DNA from: an uncultured Acidobacteriota bacterium
GTDB lineage: Bacteria; Acidobacteriota; Terriglobia; UBA7540
Reading direction: 5' to 3'
DNA: 64,000 bases
Assembly: GCA_963804995.1 (NCBI GenBank)
Contig: CAWDSK010000003.1
Location: 1,344,001 to 1,408,000, forward strand
Part shown: positions 20,963 through 31,457 of the stretch, in pieces
Numbering within the stretch: the first letter of the stretch is position 1
Layout of the letters: each line of letters starts with the position of its first letter
Position numbers and translations under genes: made by a program
Notes under the pieces: generated by a model
Told to the model about the DNA's origin: nothing
Seen by the model: only the letters and a program-made list of their open reading frames with translations
The model's database searches: none

Positions 20963-22684
20963 ATGAGAAGCTTTATCATTACACTTTCGATTCTGCTTTT
21001 CACTGCCCGTCTGGCGGTTGGGCAAACCGCTGACACGATCTATTACAACGGGCACGTCATTACGGTGTGGAACGCTCACCCGGTAGTTCAAGCCTTCTCG
21101 ATCCGTGGCGACAAATTTCTTGCGGTGGGCTCAAACGCCGAAGTCATGCGGACCGCCGGGCCGGCAACGGAGAAGGTGGACCTGAAGGGTCTCACGGTGA
21201 CCGCGGGTCTGATTGAGTCCCACGTTCACCCCATCATGTCCGCGTTAGCGGATCGAGATGAAACGTTTGCGCCGCTTAATTCCATTGCGGAGATTCAGGC
21301 CTTCATTCGCAAGCAAGTGGCAGTGGTGCCGCCGGAGCGCATCATCTTTGCCCCCAAAATTTTTGCCACCCGGCTCAAAGAACGCCGGCTCCCCACGCGC
21401 TACGAGCTGGATGAAGCGGCCGGCCAACGCCTCGCCATGACCGACAACGGCTACTCTGCGGCGCTCGACAGCGCGCTGCTGGCCAAGCTGGGAATCACGC
21501 GCGACACACCTCAACCCGCCGACGGCAAAATTATAAAGGATGATAAGGGTGAGCCGACCGGCATCATCCTGGGGGCCAACAAGCTGCTGGAGCCCGCCCG
21601 CCGAACCCGCGCCGCAACCTTTGAAGACAAGCTTTGGGCATTGCGTAGCATGCAGAAGCGTTATAACACGGCAGGCATAACCAGCGTTCTGGACCGCGCC
21701 CAGGACGCCGAGGGTTTTCGGGTTTACGAAACGTTGGAGCAGAGGGGCGAGCTGACGGTCCGCACCTCCGTGACCTTTATGATTAGCGCCCTGGGCACGC
21801 CTGCGGACGTGCGCAAGGAGATTGAGGCGATTCCCCTCGTTACCGGCTGGGGAGACGATTGGGTGCGCGTGGGGTCGCTCAAGACCGTCGCCGATGGTGG
21901 CATGCTGACCGGGACAGCTTATCTCCGCCAACCCTGGGGCGAAAACACCCAGGTTTACGACTACCACGACCCGACCTACCGGGGCGTGCTGCGTGTGCCC
22001 AAGGAAAATCTTTTCGAGATGGCGCGCGTGGCCGATGAGGTGGGCTGGCAGATGACCGCGCACGTGGCTGGCGATGGCGCGGAGGAATTATTGCTCGACG
22101 CATACGAAGCTGCCGACAAAGTCAAATCGATTCGAGACCGGCGCTTCTGCATAACCCACGGCAACTTTACTCCACCGGAGGCGATTGCTCGGGCGGTAAG
22201 GCTGGGCGTGGTTATCGATTCCCAAATTGCCTTGCACTATCTCAACGGTCCCGCCGTGAAAATCCCTTTCGGCCCCGAACGGATGAAGTATTTCGATCCC
22301 TACCGTTCGATGTTTGACGCAGGTATGGTGGTGTCAGGGGGGTCAGACCACATGATCGGATTCGATCCGCGCACGGCCATCAACCCTTACCATCCCTTCT
22401 TCGGCATGTGGATGGCCATCACGCGCAAGACCGTGGACGGCACCGTCTTGGAACCGGAACAGCGCATCACGCGGGAAGAAGCGCTGCGCATGTGGACCAT
22501 CAACGGCGCCTACGTGGCCTTCGACGAGAAGATCAAGGGTTCCATCGAGCCCGGCAAGCTCGCCGATTTTGCCGTCATTAATAAAGACTACCTCTCGTGC
22601 CCGGAAGATGAGATCAAGGATATCGACCCGTTGCGCACCGTGGTGGGAGGAAGAATCGTTTACGACAAACTTCCGACGCAGTAG
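20963..22684 (+). CDS. Secreted amidohydrolase_3 (YtcJ-like) metallohydrolase
   Basis: Signal peptide, GLIESHVH, KTVADG, AHVAGD, GGSD, KGSIEPGKLADF. Confidence 0.88.
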   Translation: MRSFIITLSILLFTARLAVGQTADTIYYNGHVITVWNAHPVVQAFSIRGDKFLAVGSNAEVMRTAGPATEKVDLKGLTVTAGLIESHVHPIMSALADRDETFAPLNSIAEIQAFIRKQVAVVPPERIIFAPKIFATRLKERRLPTRYELDEAAGQRLAMTDNGYSAALDSALLAKLGITRDTPQPADGKIIKDDKGEPTGIILGANKLLEPARRTRAATFEDKLWALRSMQKRYNTAGITSVLDRAQDAEGFRVYETLEQRGELTVRTSVTFMISALGTPADVRKEIEAIPLVTGWGDDWVRVGSLKTVADGGMLTGTAYLRQPWGENTQVYDYHDPTYRGVLRVPKENLFEMARVADEVGWQMTAHVAGDGAEELLLDAYEAADKVKSIRDRRFCITHGNFTPPEAIARAVRLGVVIDSQIALHYLNGPAVKIPFGPERMKYFDPYRSMFDAGMVVSGGSDHMIGFDPRTAINPYHPFFGMWMAITRKTVDGTVLEPEQRITREEALRMWTINGAYVAFDEKIKGSIEPGKLADFAVINKDYLSCPEDEIKDIDPLRTVVGGRIVYDKLPTQ

Positions 22685-22818
22685 GTGATCCGCAAAATGT
22701 AGCCCAGTTAGATAGTTAACGGCGGCTTAGCGGTGGGCCCGGGACGAGGAAGAAGGTCTTTTTCTGTAGGACATTTTGTCAAGTCGATTTCCCGTTTTTG
22801 GTAGGCCTGCTAAGTGGG

Positions 22819-22902
22819 TTTGTTTTCAAGATGTTCTCAGCTTTGGGAAACGAAATTTGTCTTTCCCCGCCCTTTGTTTTCAGGATGTTCTCAGCTTTGG
22901 GA
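22819..22902 (+). repeat. Two 30-bp direct repeats
   Basis: TTTGTTTTCA(A/G)GATGTTCTCAGCTTTGGGA at 22819 and 22873, 29/30 identical, 24-bp spacer. Confidence 0.7.
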
Positions 22903-23153
22903 GAAAAACGTCTTGGTCGGACATAAAGGCGCTACGAAATCCTCGTGTGACCGCGGCTACATAACTCCCTTCCTGCCCAATTGCCCGGCCCTGCCTCGCC
23001 CTCTCCGAGCCTTCCTGCCGAGCCGGACCACACTGTACGATTAAGATTATACCGCAAAAGTAAACAAAGTCAAGCAACGAATTTTGGCGAAATGAAATCC
23101 CCCGCCGGCCAGCACGAGCAGCGAAGAATCGCCCCGCAGGAGGCGCCCTCCGG

Positions 23154-23182
23154 TTGACAAGCGTTGTCAAATATGACAACAT
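23154..23182 (+). promoter_or_regulatory. TA promoter with operator palindrome
   Basis: TTGACA at 23154; IR GTTGTCA-AATA-TGACAAC (23163-23180) covers the spacer and -10 region. Confidence 0.65.
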
Positions 23183-23210
23183 GCAAGGGAAGCATGGACG
23201 GTGAGGAGCG

Positions 23211-23559
23211 ATGATACCGAGAACCCGGCCCGTTTCGTGGATCAGAGGAGCGCTGAAGGACTTCGAGGGATTCCCGGAGGGCGCTCAGGTCGATTTGCCT
23301 CGCGGCGCTGACCATTGTGGCGGAAGGTGGGAAGCCGGACATTGCGAAGCCCCTGCACGGGATGGGCTCTGGGGTGTTCGAGATTGCGCTGCCGTTTCGC
23401 GGAGATGCGTTCCGCGTGGTCTACGCGGTGCAACTCGACCAGGACATCTGGGTGGTCCATGCATTTCAGAAGAAATCCAAGCAGGGGATTAAGACGCCCA
23501 AGCCCGAGGTGGACCTGATAAGAGACCGTCTGAAGAGGCTGAAGGAGATGTTGCGATGA
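23211..23559 (+). CDS. RelE/ParE (Gp49/HigB-like) toxin, apparent +1 frameshift at about 23289
   Basis: RPVSWIRGALKDFEGFP in frame 1 and KPLHGMGSGVFEI...FRVVYAV...VVHAFQKKS in frame 2; removing one G gives AQSICLAALTIVAEGG. Confidence 0.85.
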
Positions 23560-23879
23560 AGAGCGAAAAGCTGGAAGTGGTGCGCGGGAGTGGAAATGTT
23601 TTCCGCGACCTGGGGCGCAAAAGCGCGGATGCCGAGCAATTCAAGGCGATCCTCGCCGCCGAAATCATCAAGGCGCTCGATCGGGAAGGCCTGAGCGTGC
23701 GCGCCGCGCACGCACGCACCGGGATTGCGGCGGCCGACTTCTCGCGCATCCGCAACGCGAACCTCGGGCGGTTTACCGTCGATCGCCTCATGTCGATCAT
23801 CAACCGGCTCGGGGCGCGGGTGGAGGTTAAAGTCCGCGTGCGGCCTGCGATAACCGTCGGGCGCGAGGCGACGGCGTAA
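23556..23879 (+). CDS. XRE/HTH antitoxin (HigA-like)
   Basis: GSGNVFRDLG start, HTH, RFTVDRL; ATGA overlap with the toxin. Confidence 0.88.
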   Translation: MKSEKLEVVRGSGNVFRDLGRKSADAEQFKAILAAEIIKALDREGLSVRAAHARTGIAAADFSRIRNANLGRFTVDRLMSIINRLGARVEVKVRVRPAITVGREATA

Positions 23880-24444
23880 GGGCGCCGAAATCATCAGTCT
23901 GAGGGGAGCCAGGTCTTGAGAGTCTCAGGGATGCGGCAAAAAACTCTAGAGCAGGCTCTACAGATTTCGTGTGTCAGCGTAATTTGAACAGCAACGCGGC
24001 GTTCGTAAACTCAAGGAGACGAGGCAGGTCCAATTCCTTATTGAGGAGTTACGTATACACGGCAGCGGCCAGTTTCCGACAAGGCGAACGTCAAAGTGAA
24101 TTGGGATAGGTAAATCCTACGCCGTTACACGGGAGTCACCTGACGCGGCGACTGTTTGGAGCCATGCTGGGCAGGATCGCAGCGCTGCCCTTGCCAGCCT
24201 GGTAGGCGAGCCGACGACCAAGATGGGATTTCTACGACGAGAGACGCAAGGGGACGGCCAAGCGTCGGAAACACGGGTCGAAGGATGGGTGGTTGCGGCC
24301 TTTGGGGTTCTCGCGAGAGGCACGAATGGCCCCTTCCGTGACCCGCGAAGGCACCGTGCACTGTAAACCCAGACTCAAAGTTGCATTCGGCGGCGGTGAG
24401 ATGTAGGTCATCAAGCGGGCGGGGCTCGATAATGGAGTTTCCGC

Positions 24445-24473
24445 TTGACACTACGCAGGGCCGGGTGTATACT
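24445..24473 (+). promoter_or_regulatory. sigma70 promoter
   Basis: TTGACA-17 bp-TATACT, about 190 nt upstream of the DegT gene. Confidence 0.75.
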
Positions 24474-24664
24474 GCGGGGGCATTATGACCACAATTGTGG
24501 CTTGGCGGGCGGCCACGACTCCGTTGGACGTTCCGGCCCGGAAAGGTCCACCTCTTGGCTGGCAGGTCAATGTCACGAGGTGGTGCTCTTCGAAGTGCAG
24601 CCAGCCTAGAAGTCGGTCCTGCCAAATCTCAAGTTTTCGAATCTTGAATTCATCGGAGGTGATC

Positions 24665-26113
24665 ATGTCCCATTCAAGAAATCCAGAGCGTGGGAATGAT
24701 GCCCGGCCGGAAGCGGCGGGAATCGATCGCCGAGCCTTCTTGGCAGCCACGACAGGCCTTGCGGCTTCATCCCTGCTCGCAAGAAGCCAGCCGGGTGTTG
24801 CCGCTCCCGCTGGGCTTGGATCCAGCCTGACCGCTGCCGCCCCCGGCCCACTGGCAATGCACGGCGGCACACCCGTCCGCGCCGCCATGCTCCATGCCAA
24901 GAACCCCGGCCCCCAGTATTATGACGACGAAGAGCGGCGCGCGGTCCTAGAAGTCATCGACAGCCGCAGCCCCTTCCGCTGGGACCGCTTCGATGGAAAG
25001 GGTCTGCCACCCCACGCCATCAATTTCGAAAAGGAATTCGCTGCGCACCAGGGGACGAAGTACTGCCTTGGCGTAACCTCGGGGACCGCGGCACTAATCG
25101 CGGCATTGGCAGGGCTCGGCGTTGGGCCGGGAGATGAAGTCATTCTCCCCGCCTGGACGTGGTACGCCTGCTACGACGCCATCCTCTTCCATGGGGCACT
25201 TCCGGTCTTTGCTGAGATTGACCGGTCCATGGACATCGACCCGACCGACATTGGACGCCATATCACGCCGAATACCAAAGTCATCATGGCCGTGAGCATC
25301 GTGGGCGAACCGGCGGATCTGGATGCGGTGATGGAGATCGCGCGAAAGCACAATTTGAAGGTCCTGGAGGATGGCGCGCAGTGCGTGGGCGGAGTTTACA
25401 AAGGCCGGCACGTGGGTTCGATTGGTGATGTGGGAATTTACAGCTTCCAGGAAAGCAAGACCATTACCGCGGGCGAAGGGGGCGCGGTGGTGACCAGCGA
25501 CCCGCTGATTTTCGAGCGCGCCGCGCGCTTCCACGACGTCGGTGGCCTGAACAAGGCACACGCCGACTGGCTCGGACAACCACCGCGGCTGAAGCAAATC
25601 GCCGGGGGGAATTTCCGCATGAATGAGTTCACCGGCGGAGTCATGCGTGCGCAGTTGCGCAAGCTCGACCGCATCCTGGCTGACCAGCGGGACAAGCAAT
25701 CCCGTGTTCTGGCGGGGATTACAGACCTGCCCGGACTCGAACTGCGCAAGAAGAATGTCCCGGAGGGCGGAACCGGCTCCCGTGTCCTCATCTGGACCCA
25801 GAGCAAGGAGCAGCGCGACCTGTTCGTCAAGGCCATGCGAGCCGAGAACGTAGCGGCTGGCCCGTCGAGTGGCTCGGTGCCATTGCCCACGGTCCCGTAC
25901 ATCGAGGCCAAACAGGGGATCGAGGAAGGTTGGCCGTCGTTCTCAACGCCACGGGGCAAGGCGATCACTTACGGCGCCCAATGCTGCCCGAAGACGCTGG
26001 AGATTTGGGACCGCTACGTCGAAATCACCATGGACCCGAAATACAGCGATCAGGATGTGAGCGACATCATCTCTGCTGTGCGCAAAGTGTATATGGGCGT
26101 GATGAATTCCTAG
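24665..26113 (+). CDS. DegT/DnrJ/EryC1/StrS PLP aminotransferase with a Tat signal
   Basis: GGAGG RBS; DRRAFL twin-arginine; SGTAAL, GPGDEVI, EDGAQ, SFQESKTITAGEGG. Confidence 0.9.
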   Translation: MSHSRNPERGNDARPEAAGIDRRAFLAATTGLAASSLLARSQPGVAAPAGLGSSLTAAAPGPLAMHGGTPVRAAMLHAKNPGPQYYDDEERRAVLEVIDSRSPFRWDRFDGKGLPPHAINFEKEFAAHQGTKYCLGVTSGTAALIAALAGLGVGPGDEVILPAWTWYACYDAILFHGALPVFAEIDRSMDIDPTDIGRHITPNTKVIMAVSIVGEPADLDAVMEIARKHNLKVLEDGAQCVGGVYKGRHVGSIGDVGIYSFQESKTITAGEGGAVVTSDPLIFERAARFHDVGGLNKAHADWLGQPPRLKQIAGGNFRMNEFTGGVMRAQLRKLDRILADQRDKQSRVLAGITDLPGLELRKKNVPEGGTGSRVLIWTQSKEQRDLFVKAMRAENVAAGPSSGSVPLPTVPYIEAKQGIEEGWPSFSTPRGKAITYGAQCCPKTLEIWDRYVEITMDPKYSDQDVSDIISAVRKVYMGVMNS

Positions 26114-26307
26114 CCAGGAACCGCTTCGCACACGTGGTGTCTGCGGTCTGTCGGTTCCCGGTCATTTTCCCCCCTTACGGGGGACTACGTATTCTACCTT
26201 TGATGGCGCATATCGGCTGTCTACAATGCGCCACTTCTGCTTCGGCGTTGGCGGACTTTAAGCCACGAGGGTCCTGGGTCACGAGACTTTTCATACGGAG
26301 GAGTCAA

Positions 26308-29300
26308 ATGTTCAGACCTACGGGTTTGTTGCGGGCGTTGCTTTGGGTATCAATTTTCCTGCTCGGAGTGCCACTGTCATTTGGAAGCGTTGGCGGCAGC
26401 ATTTCCGGGCTCGTCACCGATCCGAGCGGCGCGGTTATTATTGGCGCTGAGGTTTTGGCGCTCGATACCGCGACTGGGATCAAGAGCCCGAATAAGACCG
26501 ATTCAGCAGGGTTTTACTCATTCCCGTCTCTTCCCATCGGGCCTTACGAGATTCAGGTCCGACAAACCGGATTCAAGGAATTCCGTGCGACCGGTTTAGT
26601 CATTGACGCCAACACCGCGCTGCGCGTTGACGCCACGCTTCAGGTGGGGACTGTGACGGAGGAGGTTAGTGTTTCCGCCACAGCCGTGCAAGTGGAGACC
26701 ACCAATACCCAAATGGGGGAGGTGATCGGAACCAACAAAATGGAACTCGTCCCCTTGAATGGGCGCAGTTATACGGATCTCCTGGCCCTTCAGCCGGGCG
26801 TAGTCCCGCAATCTTCCGGTGTGTACAGCGGCAATAAGGTTTCGGGGGATCTCAACCCGGGCAATCTCTCGGTCAGCGGGCAACGGGAATCTGCCAATGG
26901 ATTCATGGTTAACGGTGGCAACGTCCAAGAGGGGCTTAAAATGGGCACCGCGATCATTCCCAACCTCAACTCCATCGCGGAATTCCGCATCTTGACCAAC
27001 AATGCCGACGCTGAATACGGCAACTATTCGGGCGGGCTGGTCAACGCCGTCACCAAATCCGGCACCAACCGATTGCACGGTGATGGTTTTGACTTCATGC
27101 GTAATTACAACATGGACAGCCGGAACTTTTACTCCCCCACTCGCGGGACCTTACACAGGAACCAGTTTGGTGGCACCATCGGTGGACCCATCCGCCACGA
27201 CAAATTGTTCTTCTTTGGGGACTTCCAGGGGAGCCGGCAAGTGACTGGCGTAGACTCAGGCCTGATTGCTGTCCCCTCCACCGCCGACAAAAGTGGGAAC
27301 CTTTCGGATGTGGCTAGCCAGCTCACGGGTACGGTCACGGGTCAGTATTGGGCCAATCAGCTCTCCCAGAAACTGGGCTACCCCGTCGCTGTCGACGAGC
27401 CCTACTATACGAGCGGCTGCACCAGCAGCGCGAATTGTGTCTTCCCCAACGCCCAAATTCCTCAGAAGGTATGGTCGACTCCTGCGCCGAACCTCCTGAA
27501 ATACTTTCCCGATCCCAATGCGGGCACGTCCTTTACGACCTCAGCTTTCGACAACACCTTGCGGGACAACAAGTGGAGTTCCCGGATCGACGCCAATACC
27601 CGTTTGGGTTTGGTTTCAGGCTACTACTTTTTCGACCAGTACAATGTCCTTAACCCCTACTACGTTTCTCTCCCGGGGTTCAGCGTGTCGAACGTGGGCA
27701 GGGCCCAAAACCTGAACCTCGGCGTTACCAAATCCCTTGGACCCAATGCGGTGAACGAGTTCCGCCTGAATTACGTGCGTAATGTCTACGGTACTACCCC
27801 GATAGGTGGAATTGGTATCAAACTCAGCGACCTGGGATTTGTGGAAGGGCCCGGCACGCTGGGCATCATCCCCCAAATGCCCCCGCAGTATGAAGGCATG
27901 CCCTACACGAGTTTCAACAGTTTCAGCATGGGCACCCCGGAAGGTTTCTCCATCATCTACAACAATACCTATCAGGTGCTTGACAACTTCTCGAAGGTGA
28001 TAGGAACTCACACTTTGAAGTTCGGTGGCGCCGCGCACTACGACCAGATCACCAACAAAGAGTACGGCGAAAGTGAGGGAACCTTCGCTTTTAATGGAGC
28101 AGAAACGGGCGTGGACTTTGCGGACTTTCTGCTTGGAGCACCTTCAGGCTTCAACCAGGGTGTCCAAATTCCGTTCCATACCCGTACGAAATATTACGGC
28201 CTCTACGCGCAGGATAGCTGGCGCGCCCGGCCCAATCTCACGCTGAATTACGGCCTGCGGTGGGAATCCAGCACTCCGTTTTATGAGGCCTTTAACCAAA
28301 TGGAAGCGTTGGTATATGGCGAGCAGTCCGTGGTCTTTCCGGGGTCACCCAAAGGCTGGGTCTTCCCCGGTGATCCCGGCATTCCCACGACGATCGCGCC
28401 GACTCGCTACAACAATTTTTCCCCCCGCATCGGTTTAGCCTATTCCCCCAATGCCTCGGGAGGTTTCGGGGAAAAACTTCTGGGCGGAGCGGGCAAGACC
28501 AGCATTCGTGCCGCCTTCGGCATTTACTATACCGCTTTCGAGGACGGTGAAATGTTCTACGCGGAGGGAGATGCGCCCTTTGGTTTCTTCTATTCCGCCA
28601 TTGCCCCTCCGCTTTTTGCCACACCCTACATTGATCGGCAGACGGGTTTCGTTGAGGGGCAACGTTTCCCCGTCATCTTCCCGCCCGCCAACGCGAGCGC
28701 ACAGCACCCTGATAATAATGTCGACTGGGCCTCGTTCGAGCCAATTTCGAGTTCGCCCGTTTTAGGTACCGATGCCCGCCTTCCCTACGCCGAGCACTAC
28801 AACTTATCAGTTCAGCGGCAGTTCGGCTCGGACACTATACTCAGCCTAAGTTACGTCGGCACACAATCGCACCGGCTTCTCGGGGCAGTGGCATCCAATG
28901 TAGGTAATCCGGCTCTCTGCCTTAGCGTGAGCAAATCGAGCCAGGTCATGCCTGGAACCGGTACCTGCGGCCCCAACGGTGAGAATAGCATCTACTACCC
29001 CGTGACGGGAGGGGTGATTAACGGCACGCGGTCGCCTTTCGGGAACGATTTCGGCAGCAACGATTACTACAATACCATGGCCAACTCCAATTACAACGCC
29101 TTGGAGGCGAGTTTGCGCCACACCTCCGGCCGCAGTGAGTTCCTGGCCGGCTACACTTTCAGCAAGGTGCTCGCCAATGCCTCCTCCTGGGGATCGGGTA
29201 ATGAGATCATTAATCCCATCAATCCCCAGATCAGTAAGGCGCTGGCCGCTTTTGACGTGACCCACAACTTTGTGGTGAGCTACGGCTATCAGATTCCGTT

Positions 29301-29811
29301 CGATAAGCTCTGGCGCCCGAACCGCCTGACCAATGGTTGGGTGATTTCGGGAATCACGCGCTTCTCTACCGGCTTGCCCATACTCCTGCAGGAAGCCGAC
29401 GACCACAGCTTACTCGGCACGGGGGGTTGCACGAGCTCCAACGGCGCGGAGGAGCCCAACTTTCTTGGGGGCGCCCTGGCGGGCAGCGACCCGCGCTTGG
29501 CCAATCGGTCTGCCAAAACGAATCCTTACTTCAACAAGTCCCTGTTCACCAAGGAATCGATTGGACAGCTCGGAACCGCCAATCGGCGATTCTTCCACGG
29601 CCCGGGTCTCAATAACTGGGACTTGGCATTGATGAAGGACCTGCGCTTAACCGAGTCGAAGAAGCTGGAGTTCCGGGCGGAGTTCTTCAACGTTTTCAAT
29701 CACGCCCAATTCGGGCGACCGTCGGGGAACATTCTGAGCTCGAATTTCGGCTTCGTGACCAGTGCCAACGCCCCGCGCATCGGGCAACTTGCACTTAAGT
29801 TCTACTTCTAG
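26308..29811 (+). CDS. TonB-dependent receptor with an N-terminal carboxypeptidase-regulatory-like domain (Oar-like)
   Basis: Signal peptide, SISGLVTDPSGAV, PLNGRSYTDL, AEYGNYSGG, RNQFGGTIGGP, YAQDSWR, terminal QLALKFYF; start after a GGAGGAG RBS. Confidence 0.92.
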   Translation: MFRPTGLLRALLWVSIFLLGVPLSFGSVGGSISGLVTDPSGAVIIGAEVLALDTATGIKSPNKTDSAGFYSFPSLPIGPYEIQVRQTGFKEFRATGLVIDANTALRVDATLQVGTVTEEVSVSATAVQVETTNTQMGEVIGTNKMELVPLNGRSYTDLLALQPGVVPQSSGVYSGNKVSGDLNPGNLSVSGQRESANGFMVNGGNVQEGLKMGTAIIPNLNSIAEFRILTNNADAEYGNYSGGLVNAVTKSGTNRLHGDGFDFMRNYNMDSRNFYSPTRGTLHRNQFGGTIGGPIRHDKLFFFGDFQGSRQVTGVDSGLIAVPSTADKSGNLSDVASQLTGTVTGQYWANQLSQKLGYPVAVDEPYYTSGCTSSANCVFPNAQIPQKVWSTPAPNLLKYFPDPNAGTSFTTSAFDNTLRDNKWSSRIDANTRLGLVSGYYFFDQYNVLNPYYVSLPGFSVSNVGRAQNLNLGVTKSLGPNAVNEFRLNYVRNVYGTTPIGGIGIKLSDLGFVEGPGTLGIIPQMPPQYEGMPYTSFNSFSMGTPEGFSIIYNNTYQVLDNFSKVIGTHTLKFGGAAHYDQITNKEYGESEGTFAFNGAETGVDFADFLLGAPSGFNQGVQIPFHTRTKYYGLYAQDSWRARPNLTLNYGLRWESSTPFYEAFNQMEALVYGEQSVVFPGSPKGWVFPGDPGIPTTIAPTRYNNFSPRIGLAYSPNASGGFGEKLLGGAGKTSIRAAFGIYYTAFEDGEMFYAEGDAPFGFFYSAIAPPLFATPYIDRQTGFVEGQRFPVIFPPANASAQHPDNNVDWASFEPISSSPVLGTDARLPYAEHYNLSVQRQFGSDTILSLSYVGTQSHRLLGAVASNVGNPALCLSVSKSSQVMPGTGTCGPNGENSIYYPVTGGVINGTRSPFGNDFGSNDYYNTMANSNYNALEASLRHTSGRSEFLAGYTFSKVLANASSWGSGNEIINPINPQISKALAAFDVTHNFVVSYGYQIPFDKLWRPNRLTNGWVISGITRFSTGLPILLQEADDHSLLGTGGCTSSNGAEEPNFLGGALAGSDPRLANRSAKTNPYFNKSLFTKESIGQLGTANRRFFHGPGLNNWDLALMKDLRLTESKKLEFRAEFFNVFNHAQFGRPSGNILSSNFGFVTSANAPRIGQLALKFYF

Positions 29812-29833
29812 CACTAAAGTGACGCTGAACGGC

Positions 29834-29881
29834 CCGAGGTCAAGCGCAGGCCTGTGACATCAAGCTCCTGCTTGACCTCGG
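29834..29881 (+). terminator. Hairpin downstream of the TonB-dependent receptor
   Basis: CCGAGGTCAAGC...GCTTGACCTCGG stem; no clear U-tract. Confidence 0.45.
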
Positions 29882-30454
29882 GCAAAACACTCTGCCTCAG
29901 CCCTGCCACCTATCGGCCATTGCCAATACATATTGAAAAAGCATGCTCAAAACGCTGTTGCGTAAATTATCACTGCTCGTGTCCAGGATGGTCGGGTACT
30001 CGAAAACAACCCCTGTGCGGTGCGGCTCCACGTATTACGTTGATGGTCACTTGGATTCGTCGCGTTACAGGAAAAGTGATCAAAGCCCCTAAAAGTGGTA
30101 GCGCAGTCGAATCCCAGATTACCCCCCGAAAGTCGCCAAGGGTTTAGTAATCGCCGCGGGTGTCGCCACACCGGGCACTTTGCCGAGAAACGGCCTTGCC
30201 GCGGAAGTGCCTCGCCACGGCGCGCGCATGGAGGCAGCAGCACCGCCATCGTCCATTACCCACAGCATATTGTTTACGGACGTGCCGGGGTCATCATCCA
30301 AGCTGGCGCGCTAAGATTCTTCTTGCGGTCATCTGCAGACCATCACCGAGGCGCCGATTGCTGCTGATGTTCTTGCCGACGGACAAATATGGTACACTCC
30401 GGCCCACACCAAGTTTAAGAATCACCATCTGAGCGGCGTTGGAGGAGGGCTCCC

Positions 30455-31393
30455 ATGGAAGGATTCGTGACATTTTTCTTCGTAGTATTGATCGTTTTCG
30501 GCATCGGCACGTTCTTCTCAGGGCTGTTCACGGTGCCCACTGCCAAGGCGGCCGTGGTGCAACGGTTCGGCAGATTTGTGCGCGTGGCGGGGCCGGGGCT
30601 GAATTTCAAGTTGCCCTGGATTGAGCAGGTGGTGGCCAAGGTAGACCTGCGCGTGCAGCAACTCGACGTGCGCATGGAGACCAAGACCAAAGACAACGTC
30701 TTCGTGCAGATTCCGGTTTCGGTCCAGTACCATGTGCTGCCCGACCGGGTTTACGAAGCCTACTACAAGCTTTCCGACCCCAAGGAGCAGATTGGCTCCT
30801 TCGTCTTCAATGTGATCCTGGGCCACGTCCCCAAGATGATCCTGGACGAGGCCTTCGAGCGCCAGAACGATATCGCCGTGGCAGTCAAGACCGAACTGGA
30901 TGGAGTCATGGCCGGGTTTGGATATGGCATCGTCAAAGCCCTGGTCACGGACATCATCCCCGACGCCAAGGTGAAGTCCGCCATGAATGACATCAATGCG
31001 GCGCGGCGCGAGCAGGAAGCTGCCAATGCCCGCGGTGAAGCGGAAAAAATCCTGAAGGTAAAACAGGCGGAAGCCGAAGCGCAGAGCAAACAACTGCAAG
31101 GCCAGGGCATCGCGAACCAGCGCAAAGCCATCATTGACGGCCTGCGTGAATCCGTCGAACTCTTTAAGGCCGGCGTCGAAGGCGCCACCGCCAAGGACGT
31201 GATGGTGCTTGTGCTGCTCACCCAATATTTCGACACGCTCAAGGATATCGGCGCCACGGCCCATTCCAACACTATCCTGATGCCGCACAGTCCCGGCGCG
31301 CTTTCTGATTACTTCGACCAGATCCGCAACGCGATTGTGCTGGGGCAGGCGGTCACGAACCCCGTCCCCGGCCAGCCTGGCACACCGGCATGA
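30455..31393 (+). CDS. SPFH/Band 7 domain membrane protein
   Basis: N-terminal TM, VVQRFGRF, ETKTKDNVFV, TQYFDTL. Confidence 0.92.
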   Translation: MEGFVTFFFVVLIVFGIGTFFSGLFTVPTAKAAVVQRFGRFVRVAGPGLNFKLPWIEQVVAKVDLRVQQLDVRMETKTKDNVFVQIPVSVQYHVLPDRVYEAYYKLSDPKEQIGSFVFNVILGHVPKMILDEAFERQNDIAVAVKTELDGVMAGFGYGIVKALVTDIIPDAKVKSAMNDINAARREQEAANARGEAEKILKVKQAEAEAQSKQLQGQGIANQRKAIIDGLRESVELFKAGVEGATAKDVMVLVLLTQYFDTLKDIGATAHSNTILMPHSPGALSDYFDQIRNAIVLGQAVTNPVPGQPGTPA

Positions 31394-31457
31394 AGCCGGT
31401 TTGAAACATCGAGCTGCCGCTGCGACCTGACGCTTTGAGTAGCAAAGGAAAACCACC

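Noticed and set aside
25930..26307. N-terminal extensions in the ORF track (TonB receptor, also ftsZ, murF, DegT, VapC, methyltransferase)
   Set aside because: Downstream starts have better RBSs or signal peptides; the extensions overlap neighbouring genes or repeats.
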